From IMG/VR virus record IMGVR_UViG_3300049847_000281: a DNA stretch of 64,000 bases, one strand, 5' to 3'. The DNA comes from an uncultured virus (IMG/VR IMGVR_UViG_3300049847_000281). Its lineage: Duplodnaviria > Heunggongvirae > Uroviricota > Caudoviricetes. Every line of letters begins with the position of its first letter. Positions within the stretch are counted from its first letter, which is position 1. The notes under the pieces were generated by a model that saw only the letters and a list, made by a program, of their open reading frames with translations, was not told the DNA's origin and did no database searches. Positions 26,385-35,100 of this stretch are shown in pieces. The translations under genes were made by a program, and so were the position numbers.

Positions 26385-26626
26385 AGATGACCACAGGATA
26401 ACCATAAAAAAAAGTCAAGACTCAACTAATTAAGAATCAACACATCAATCCGTCTTGAATAATACACATGGCAATTATATTTCAGTACATGTCGATACAA
26501 ATCAAAGACATTCGTATATTTGCACCGCGATTAAATCAAAATCAAAGACAAACGAACTTACAACAAGACTACAAAAGACATGCAGGATGACCATAGGATG
26601 ACCAAATTTAAAAAACAGGATGACCA
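26385..26626 (+). mobile_element. attP-like region with integrase arm-type direct repeats
   Basis: GATRACCA-type repeats at 26385-26404 (x2), 26583-26604 (x2) and 26616-26626, with AAATCAAAGACA repeats between, directly upstream of int. Confidence 0.6.
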
Positions 26627-26654
26627 AATAATTTAACTCTTAAATACACACACA

Positions 26655-27920
26655 ATGGCTACTTTAAAATTTATCATTCGCACAGCTGAAAACAAAGACG
26701 GCAGCTACTCAATCCGTCTCCGGGTAAGCAAAAATAAAGAGACGTTTTTTGTCCCCACAACATGTACCATCTTCAACCCCGACAAATGCTGGGATAAGGC
26801 AAAAGGGGGTGTCACCAAAGCGTGCCCGAACGGGAACGAACTAAACTTCCAGCTCACCGAACTGAAGCAGAAAGTTCAGCGACAAATCTTCGACCTTGAG
26901 CGCGACAACCCCGGTATCAGCGCCCTTCAAATCCGCGACATCATCCAGCGCAAAGAAGCAGATGTGGATTTCATAAAAATGTTCCGCGCACACATCGAAA
27001 CAAAAAGAACTTTAAATAGCGCCACGTACCTTACCTTCCACACACATCTTCACAACATCGAAGAGTACATCAACGGAAGGCGCTTGAAAGCCGGGGAAGA
27101 TTCCAAGCCGCTGCCGATACATAAAATTACACCGTACTGGCTGGCTGATTTTCAAAGATGGTGTCTCGAAAAAAAAGGGTTGGTGCAAAACACAGTTGGT
27201 ACACACCTCACCGACATCCGCACCATCATCCTTCAGGCGATTGCAAACAAGTACATCAAGCGCGAAGCAAATCCATTTCTTGAATTCAAAGTAAGCCGTG
27301 GAGACCGCAAGAAAAAAATTCCGCTCACCGCTGAGGAAGTCGAAGCTATCAGAACGCTGGCTACCGATGAGCGCTTGGACTGGTGGTCTCACCACACCAA
27401 GAACGCCTTTATCTTCGCACATCTCAACGCAGGGATGCGTACATCAGATGTTACGATGCTGAGATGGAGAGATGTCACCAATCAGTTCTACACTCCGCGC
27501 AAGACAAAAAACAAAATGAAGGTGTTGCCACTGCTGCCGAACACTATCTCGCTTGCCATCCTCAAGGAGTACGAACACCGCAACACTTCCCCTGATGCGT
27601 TTGTATTTCCGTTCATGGACAGAGAACTCAAGTGGGCTGAAACGAAAGAGCATGCAGAGATGTATAAAATTAAAGACACCACACGCTACCTCAACACGGC
27701 TCTCAAGAAGCTGGCTCGTTGTGCCGGTATTAACAAGGACATCTCCACGCACATCGCACGCCACAGCTTCGCATACAAAGCAATGCAGGGCGGATTAACT
27801 GCCGTGCAGCTTCAGGGTTTATTCAACCACAGCTCTACGCAGATAACGCAGAGCTACATGAACAACATCATGAACGCAGACTACACCAAGGGGCTGCTCG
27901 ACCGCGCTGTCGGTGCGTAA
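26655..27920 (+). CDS. int: tyrosine integrase (Bacteroidota arm-binding / SAM-like / catalytic)
   Basis: N-terminal KDGSYSIRLRV; catalytic GMRTSD, HIARHSFA, FNHSS and TQSY (R-H-R-H-Y). Confidence 0.93.
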   Translation: MATLKFIIRTAENKDGSYSIRLRVSKNKETFFVPTTCTIFNPDKCWDKAKGGVTKACPNGNELNFQLTELKQKVQRQIFDLERDNPGISALQIRDIIQRKEADVDFIKMFRAHIETKRTLNSATYLTFHTHLHNIEEYINGRRLKAGEDSKPLPIHKITPYWLADFQRWCLEKKGLVQNTVGTHLTDIRTIILQAIANKYIKREANPFLEFKVSRGDRKKKIPLTAEEVEAIRTLATDERLDWWSHHTKNAFIFAHLNAGMRTSDVTMLRWRDVTNQFYTPRKTKNKMKVLPLLPNTISLAILKEYEHRNTSPDAFVFPFMDRELKWAETKEHAEMYKIKDTTRYLNTALKKLARCAGINKDISTHIARHSFAYKAMQGGLTAVQLQGLFNHSSTQITQSYMNNIMNADYTKGLLDRAVGA

Positions 27921-27924
27921 AAAA

Positions 27925-27946
27925 ATCTGTTAGTTGTTTAACGGAT
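27925..27946 (+). other. hairpin containing the reverse complement of the cassette-repeat core
   Basis: ATCTGTTA-GTTGTT-TAACGGAT; TGTTAGTTGTTTA (27928-27940) is the reverse complement of TAAACAACTAACA. Confidence 0.7.
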
Positions 27947-27947
27947 A

Positions 27948-27973
27948 GGGGGAGAGAAATCTTCCCCTTTTTT
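27948..27973 (+). terminator. intrinsic terminator after int
   Basis: GGGGGAGA-GAAA-TCTTCCCC followed by a T-tract. Confidence 0.8.
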
Positions 27974-28262
27974 ATTTTACCTTCAGGCAACCCGAATAGT
28001 CAATCTTAATTTCCGTGCTGTCTGCCGATGCCTTCACCAAGTAGAAACGCACCTGAGAGCCGCTGTAATTGATTACAGCACCGTTGGTGAGCAAGGGGAT
28101 TAAACTGTCCGTCCTCAACATCAGCGATGCCGTACCGGAAACACAGAGCGTGTTGTTCACGTAACTTACCGATGGCGCATCAGCAGCCGTCTCTACCGAT
28201 ACAAATTTTTTCGAACAGCTCGTCAGTGCCGCAACAGAGAGTAATAACAAAATTTTTTTCAT
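27972..28262 (-). CDS. lipoprotein
   Basis: MKKILLLLSVAALTSC lipobox. Confidence 0.75.
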   Translation of the reverse strand: MKKILLLLSVAALTSCSKKFVSVETAADAPSVSYVNNTLCVSGTASLMLRTDSLIPLLTNGAVINYSGSQVRFYLVKASADSTEIKIDYSGCLKVK

Positions 28263-28273
28263 GGGAATATATT

Positions 28274-28465
28274 TTAGTTTGCGGTTATGCGAAGTTGTTT
28301 GTTTAAAATAATTATTTCTCCGCGTTGCTCTGCGGTCACAATCACCTCTACGCTGCAACGCAATTCTTTTTGTAACTCTTCGAGCTTTGCGAGAAAAGTC
28401 TTCTCGCGTATTTTTTTTTCTTCCAAAATTTGCTTTTGAGCGTCTTCTAATTTTTGTGTTGCCAT
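28274..28465 (-). CDS. small coiled-coil protein (tail-fibre chaperone-like)
   Basis: 63 aa, helical, directly after the fibre gene. Confidence 0.5.
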   Translation of the reverse strand: MATQKLEDAQKQILEEKKIREKTFLAKLEELQKELRCSVEVIVTAEQRGEIIILNKQLRITAN

Positions 28466-28470
28466 TGGTA

Positions 28471-30225
28471 TCAGGTATAGAGCGGGACTTTATAAACTGT
28501 GCCGAGAATGTTGATTGACATCCATCGGTTAGGGTCTCCGAGAAAGTTCGTTGCTGCGCTGCCGTAGTAATTCACAACTGCTGCTCCGATAGAAGTAGCA
28601 GGAGCTGTCGCATTATCAACAGCTACCAACACATTCTCGCGGGTCGTTCCTGTGCGGGTAAAAAAAAGATTGGTTCCGTTGTATTCAAAGTCTCCTGCCG
28701 CAGCCGTGGTACGGTTTGTCCCGCTGGTTAGTCTCAGTGGAGCAATCGATGTAGTGCCTGCTCCCAGTTGCAAGTAAGCATTAGGAACAGATGCTCCCAT
28801 CATAATTCCTATCGAGCCGTTATTGATGGCAGAGAGCGCTACAATGTTTCCGTTACTGCCTACAATTATCTGCACCGCCTGCGTACTGGTCGTGCCGTTT
28901 GCAGTCGTGCCTTTTAATTTCAGCTGACTGCCTACAGCAGTTCCGCCAATCACAAGTGGCGTGGTAATGTCTGTAGTAAACGTAGGTGATGTTCCGAACA
29001 CCGCTACACCGCTGCCTGTTTCATCAGTCAGCGAAGTTGCTAATTGTGCAGAAGTAATACTGCCTGTAGCTGTTCCGTAAAGCGTTCCGCTGGTCGGTAA
29101 TGTAACGGTCGTAGTTCCTGTTACTGTAACGGTCGTTGCAAAAGCTCCGCTGTAAGCGAGGTTCCCTCCTACCGTTATCGTTGAGCTGCCGTTATTTACT
29201 CCCGTGCCTCCGTAAGTTCCTGTTACTAACGCTCCGTTCCATGTACCTGTTGTTATCACTCCGGTGTTTGCCGTCACCACCAATCCATTAAACGATGTCA
29301 CGCCTGTCAAAGCGCCCAGCGTCAACGTCAATGCTGGAGTAGCTCCTGCACTAAAGCTGCCGCTCACCCCTTGGCTCGTCACCACAGTCAGCGATGTTAC
29401 ATACGTGCCTGCCGCCTGATACTGCGGAATGTTTAACGTGTTTGAAGACAGTGTGGCTGCGCCTGATGTCCCTGTGGTTGTCAGTGATGTTATCCTGTTT
29501 GTATAGGCAGTATTCCAATTCGTTTCTTCCGTGGTGGTGGGTATCACGTAGCCGCTGGTTAGCGTCACAGCAAAAGTTCCTGATGTAGTCACCGGACTTC
29601 CCGAAATCGACAAGCCTGTCGGAACGGTCATCGCTACAATGGTCACAGTGCCAACATTCCATGAACGGTCAGCCGATAAATCATAACTTGTTCCGTTGAT
29701 TGAGAGTGTACGCGAATCAGGTACATAACCTGTTACTGCTGTAAGGTAAGGCACATCATTCGTGAACTGCGAGATGAGCATCGATGCAAATTCCGCTTTC
29801 ACTCCGCTGGCATCGCTCGATAAAATAATCGTAACGCTGTTCTGCATGCGCACGTCTGCGGTCAGCGTGCCCGTAGTTTCAGTTAAAGTTACAGTGTCAG
29901 TATTTGCAAGTGCAGTAATAAATCCTGATGCTGCGCTCCAGTGTGTGTCATAGTCCGCATCACTCACTTTGGTGAGCGCCTGCCCGGTCGTTCCTCCTGC
30001 GGGAACCCCGTGCCCGTCTTCGTATAAGTTGTATTGCCCCTGCGCGAGATAGTCCGTGGTCACCGTCACGTTGTTCGCTATCATCGTCCACGTGTTGCCG
30101 TAGGGTACGGTAACCTGCTTCCACTTGGTGCGTGCAGCAATATCAATATACTCGATGCTGTTGTAAGCAGTCACAATTCCTGATGGCGCTCCGCTTCCGA
30201 ATATATTTTTGCTGACGATGTTCAT
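28471..30225 (-). CDS. tail fibre protein
   Basis: 584 aa, T/G/S-rich, with VPAGGTTGQALTK, RTLSINGTSYDLSADRSW and GTVTxVAMTVPTGL fibre repeats. Confidence 0.8.
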   Translation of the reverse strand: MNIVSKNIFGSGAPSGIVTAYNSIEYIDIAARTKWKQVTVPYGNTWTMIANNVTVTTDYLAQGQYNLYEDGHGVPAGGTTGQALTKVSDADYDTHWSAASGFITALANTDTVTLTETTGTLTADVRMQNSVTIILSSDASGVKAEFASMLISQFTNDVPYLTAVTGYVPDSRTLSINGTSYDLSADRSWNVGTVTIVAMTVPTGLSISGSPVTTSGTFAVTLTSGYVIPTTTEETNWNTAYTNRITSLTTTGTSGAATLSSNTLNIPQYQAAGTYVTSLTVVTSQGVSGSFSAGATPALTLTLGALTGVTSFNGLVVTANTGVITTGTWNGALVTGTYGGTGVNNGSSTITVGGNLAYSGAFATTVTVTGTTTVTLPTSGTLYGTATGSITSAQLATSLTDETGSGVAVFGTSPTFTTDITTPLVIGGTAVGSQLKLKGTTANGTTSTQAVQIIVGSNGNIVALSAINNGSIGIMMGASVPNAYLQLGAGTTSIAPLRLTSGTNRTTAAAGDFEYNGTNLFFTRTGTTRENVLVAVDNATAPATSIGAAVVNYYGSAATNFLGDPNRWMSINILGTVYKVPLYT

Positions 30226-30226
30226 T

Positions 30227-30604
30227 CTATGGCTGCTTTTTTTTAATCCATCCGAAAATAAAGTCCTTCACCGCTGTCCAAAATTCTACAGAGGTGACGA
30301 TAGGGTAGACGTTAAAGAGAACGGTTCCTCCCATCAATCCGCACGACCATGACACTACGAGCCGCATGTCTACGGAATCTATTTTGTGATTGTCCATCCA
30401 TCCGTCTGCATACACCGTTGCGGCAAGCCCGGCAATGAGTCCGATAATGAAGGTGATAAAATTTTCTCCGAACCAATGCTTGTAGCTGAACTCCGTTTTC
30501 AGTTTCACAGATTCATTCTTGGCTGCCCACAGCTTCATCAGGATGTAGGTGATAACACCCACCAGCGTGCCGAGATACATAAAACCGTCCTTTGAATCTA
30601 TCAT
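30227..30604 (-). CDS. holin-like membrane protein
   Basis: About 3 transmembrane segments, basic C-terminus. Confidence 0.55.
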   Translation of the reverse strand: MIDSKDGFMYLGTLVGVITYILMKLWAAKNESVKLKTEFSYKHWFGENFITFIIGLIAGLAATVYADGWMDNHKIDSVDMRLVVSWSCGLMGGTVLFNVYPIVTSVEFWTAVKDFIFGWIKKKQP

Positions 30605-30737
30605 TGCAGGAAACCTTTGAGTTCGGTTAAAAGAAAAAATAAGATGCCTATAAAAAACAATATCATCGCGCCTACTATCAGGTCTTGCTTTACTCCTCCG
30701 TCTCTGTCGTCATCTTCCGGCATGCGTGCATTTTCAC

Positions 30738-30983
30738 CTACGACCTCCATTGTTTTTTCAGGAATGCAATAAAATGTTTTACGAGCAATTTGTAATTGAG
30801 TCCAAAGGCGCTTCCCATACCTACAAAGATGGCGGTGAACCACGCGCCACATTGCAAAAAATCTTTTACAAACTGTGCGATGTGAATTTCTCCGATGACA
30901 ACTCCGATAATGGTAAGAGTAACGGTAGCAAGAAATCCGAGAAAAGGATTCACCTGATGTCCGCTGTCAACTGTAACCTGCAT
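30738..30983 (-). CDS. small membrane protein (holin-like)
   Basis: 2 transmembrane segments, basic C-terminus. Confidence 0.55.
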   Translation of the reverse strand: MQVTVDSGHQVNPFLGFLATVTLTIIGVVIGEIHIAQFVKDFLQCGAWFTAIFVGMGSAFGLNYKLLVKHFIAFLKKQWRS

Positions 30984-30985
30984 CG

Positions 30986-31483
30986 TTAAATTAAGGTTAA
31001 CACGACTACCGGGACTCCGTCAGGCAAAACACTTATCGGCTTTAACCCGCCCATCCACCGATAACGGAAAGGAATGTTAGGTACGATGTTGGCAATCGGC
31101 TGGTTAACGCACCCGACAGCAACCCCGAACGCACTCACAATAGTAAGCTCTCTGTATGCAGAGCGGTAATCAGGACATGTGAGGTCAGCTCCCGAAAGGT
31201 CAGAGGAAAACGAAACCTTCAGTCGCAGCGCGGTGTCACTGATAACGTAATCAATCTCACGGATTTCACCGGAGGATTCGTCATAGATATATTTGTAGTT
31301 GAGAAGTTTCCCGTCTTGCTGTGGCAGCGCTATCTCCGAGAGAAAAAGCGTTCCTGTTCCGGTCACATCAACACCACTGCTGCTGATGGTTCCTGTCAGA
31401 GTTACCGGAGCCGGGAAGCAAGTAGTGTTTGTTATGTTCACTAATCCCGGTGTACCATTGAGTCCTTCTTCGTATGTTGACAT
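30986..31483 (-). CDS. virion structural protein
   Basis: TGTISSSGVDVTGTGTLF beta-rich fibre-type motif; first gene of late operon 2. Confidence 0.6.
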   Translation of the reverse strand: MSTYEEGLNGTPGLVNITNTTCFPAPVTLTGTISSSGVDVTGTGTLFLSEIALPQQDGKLLNYKYIYDESSGEIREIDYVISDTALRLKVSFSSDLSGADLTCPDYRSAYRELTIVSAFGVAVGCVNQPIANIVPNIPFRYRWMGGLKPISVLPDGVPVVVLTLI

Positions 31484-31499
31484 GGGAATAATTTTTTTT

Positions 31500-31544
31500 C
31501 AAAAGTAAACCCATTACAACTGCTCTATACGGGATGAAGTATAA
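31500..31544 (-). promoter_or_regulatory. late promoter 2: 19-bp palindromic box + 18 nt + TACTTTTG
   Basis: TATACGGGATGAAGTATAA at 31526-31544, identical to 60972-60990; -7 element at 31500-31507 (minus strand). Confidence 0.8.
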
Positions 31545-31573
31545 GGTATCATTATTGTTTTTATCTTTGGGGC

Positions 31574-31675
31574 ATGAAAGCAATAATCATTCAGGTGCTG
31601 ATTGAAAACTTTTGGAGTCTTATCAAGATTGCCGCCTACGTGTGGATTTTATGCCAGCTCTTAAAGATGCTCTGA
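31574..31675 (+). CDS. 33-aa hydrophobic peptide
   Basis: MKAIIIQVLIENFWSLIKIAAYVWILCQLLKML; TATCTTTG -7 element at 31562-31569. Confidence 0.5.
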   Translation: MKAIIIQVLIENFWSLIKIAAYVWILCQLLKML

Positions 31676-31751
31676 TTTTTCAACAAAACACCTGTTAATA
31701 ACTTTTCAGTAGGTATGCAGTACAAAACGATACAATGCGCAGTTTTGCAGC

Positions 31752-31860
31752 GCTATGTCATTAAACTCAAATCGCGTTCCGGCTTTATCGTTCTGTGTTG
31801 GTGACATAGCAGTTCCATTCAGACATCTAAATCTCGCTCCTAAAAAGGCGGGATTTTTTT
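31752..31860 (+). ncRNA. candidate small RNA
   Basis: GCTATGTCA...TGACATAGC closing stem, then a terminator-like hairpin with T-tract; operator-like 22-mer just upstream. Confidence 0.35.
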
Positions 31861-32137
31861 ATGACCCATAGCCAGCCGCAGCACGGCTGTAAGTCACAGC
31901 AGCCTGCAACAGACATAAGCGGTTTGCAAGAGCACCGCGAGTTTCAAAAACATTTATCTTAAATGCGCTGTCAGGATGTGGACATTTTCCGGGCGCAGCC
32001 TGCCGAGACCGATGCCCGTTCGAGGAATAGCATTTCGTGGTGATATAAAATCTTCTCTTACTCATGGGGGTAGGGGGACATTTTATATCACCGCCTCCCC
32101 CTCTAACCCTTCTCGGAATAGTTACAGGCAGAAAGAG

Positions 32138-35100
32138 TTACTCTTCCTTAGCAGCTTCCACTTCGTCTAACGTCTTCTGAAAGTTTCCGTCCGGGTCAAA
32201 CATTTCTTTCTCTTCGTCCGTCATTTTCGAAAACAGTTGCTGCCTGTCTGCAAACGGCAAACGCTGAAACATGTACACGGCAGAGTTCTTCTTCTCTTTG
32301 CCAAACGCGCTCTGCAAATCTTTTATCTGTGACGGGCGCAGCTTGCCTTCTTTCTCCGCATCGTCCATCAGCTGCTGCGCGGTCTCATCATCATCGTTCT
32401 CATGCGCTGCGCGTATCTTCCGTTTCAGCTCCGCTTCTTCACGGTCTGTATACGGTTTCATGCCCTGATTGCGCATCTCAAACAAATCGAAAATTTTATT
32501 CTCAAGAGGTGTGTTAGAGATGTAACGTGGCGCTTTGCTGAAACCCATAATCGCCTTCGTCTTGTCCATCACCGAGAGCTGTCTGCCTTCTTCGGCATCT
32601 TTGCCCAGCGAACTCATGAAGATTGGCTCCAGCCCTCCCTCTAACAGAAACTTACCTATCTGCTTCGCCTGCTCTACAACCGGGTCGTTCGGATTACTTA
32701 TCTCTACTCCATAGTAATCTTCGTTCTTCAGCAGGTCTGCGGTCATGCCAAACTCAGGCGCTAACTTGTTCGTCAGATACGTTCCAGTTCCCTTCACCAA
32801 CCCGCGACCTTCTATCTCTCTGTTCGTTGCAAAAAATTCTTTCATCATGGATGGTATCTGTATACGCTCCGTGGTGTTTCCGTCTTCATCTTTTTGTGAG
32901 GCGGGGTAGTAGTAATCGATGAGGCTGTTCGGCTTCTGTCCTGTTTGTAGATATGTCATCAGCCCTCCTATCATTCCCACTACCACAGGGTATGTGGCTG
33001 CAAAAAGTATTCTGTCGGAAATGGCTGGCTTGCCAGTCTTGATGGCATTTTTTATATCCGCAGGAATGTCTTTTACCGCTCCGCCAAACTCGCGTATCGT
33101 TCCCAAGTTCCATCCCAGCGACAACGTAGACGCTGTTCCCAAATCACGTATCGCTCGTTTCCAAAACAGGTTGTCATAGACGAGCTGTCCGAAGCGGTTG
33201 TCCATCGAGTCCCACAACTTTTGCAGGTGCTTGTCCTGCTCCAAGGTGTTGGGTTCTTTTGTCGATGCCATGTAGTCGTTGGCAAGTTTCAGGTAGCTGT
33301 TTATCTTCAGGCGACCTACGTAACTCTCTAAGATTATTTTCTGCGCCACACCCATAGCGGCATGCACGGCTCTGATGCCTGCGCCCGGTATGTTATCGTT
33401 CTTTAACTCTTGCAGCGCTTTACTAAACTGTCCGTTCAATCCCATCTGCCATACTTCTGACAGGTGCGGTCTGCCGCCTGCACGCTTTATCAGGTCTATG
33501 GCTTCTGCCATCTCCGGGTCTTTGATTGGCTCTCCGGCTTGCGCCATATCCCATGCTTTCATCACATCGCTCTTGCCTCTCTGAGATAAGATGTCTGTTA
33601 TCGGAGATACTGGTGTTTTAGCAAGGTTCGCCAACGCACCCATCACATCTCCTCTGCCCATCTTCCTTAACGCAAGCGTCATCTGCGTAGCTACATCACT
33701 GATAGATGTACTCACAATGTGATAACCGGAAAGCAGCTTGATGCTCACTATGAAATTCTTAGCCGCCATGTTGCCACGGAAGAGCTTGCCCATCATCCCC
33801 GGAGCGCCATAGAGAGAAGGGGAGAGGTAGTTGCTCATCACTACATCGGCTCCGGCTGCAAACACAGGCATGCCTTTTCCGTCAGGAGAATAGATTTTCA
33901 GGCGGTTGTAGTTGTCGTCCGTCAGACGCTTGAAGCCATCGGGTATCGGGTACTTGCCTGTCTCTGCATTAGGGTACACGTACTTCACAAGTCCTTGCGT
34001 GCTCATCTTCTTCATGAAGTCGTTCATCGCCTTGCGCTGCCAGCCGCTGAACTCACGCATCATCACTATCTCTTCAGGGTTGCTGGTCTTTAGCTTCATC
34101 CCGGCATCCATTCCCGTTTTGATGAAGTCTATGGTACGCATCTTTTCAAATGCCTGCCTGCCCATCTTAGATACTGCTGTGCCGAAAAACTTCTCTGCTT
34201 TCTCAGGGGCTTCCCACAGGTGAGGAAAATAGTTTTCAATATAGGCGGCTCTGTCTTTGTAAGTAAGCTCAAGCTGATGGGCTGCTTCAAGGCGCTCTCT
34301 GTATTCTTTCGCAAGCGATGCCATCACCAAGGCGCGGTCGTGGCGGTAGCCGATGGCTTTAAAAGCATCCACTCCTATCTTGCCACTCTCCATCTGATTG
34401 ATGAACTGAATCTTGTCGTCTTCCGCAACGGTGTCCCACCACTGGTGTCGCGCACGCATAGTCGCCCACGCTGCATCTTTCATTTGTGCTACATCGGCAA
34501 GGTAAGGTCTTAGTAACGTCTTCGCTTCGTTCTTAGGCGCGCCTGTGTTATACCACTGCTTGATGTTGCGCTGCACGTCTTCGTAAAAAGTTTTCAGTCC
34601 GGCAATGCCTGCTTCTACGTTAGGCATCACGTCACGGCTGATGAAGCCTGATATACCGGGGATGCCCAGCTTCTCGGTGTAGGCGGGGTCGCTGGATTTA
34701 GGTAGTTCGTTAGGTGTAGGTGGTAATTCTCCTTGTTCCGCTGCGGTTGTAGGCGTAATCTCGGTTGCCGAGCTTGTCGAAGCAGCAACTTTCTTTTCTG
34801 CCCCCAGCAACCTGTCAAACACCTCCCTTACCTCCGGTGTCAGCTCCACATCTATATCCGAACCTGCCAGCGTTTTGTAAATAGTTGTCAGCCATTTCGC
34901 AAGATTACTGAACGCATTCTTCAGTGCCGATGTAGGCGCTTTGCCTTCACGCAGATACTTTTCAAATCCGCGTGCAAATTTTTCTTCTGCTGCCGTGTCC
35001 CATAGTCCGTTCTTTGCACCTGCCCATTTTTCTATCGTTCCCAAATCACGCGCAAAGTTTTCATTGTGCTTGGCAAGCTCACTAAGCATCCTGCGTCCCA

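Noticed and set aside
28471..30225. Diversity-generating retroelement target
   Set aside because: No reverse transcriptase or template/variable repeat pair seen in the window
27972..30983. Complete lysis cassette
   Set aside because: Holin-like and lipoprotein genes are present, but no recognisable endolysin motif is in the window
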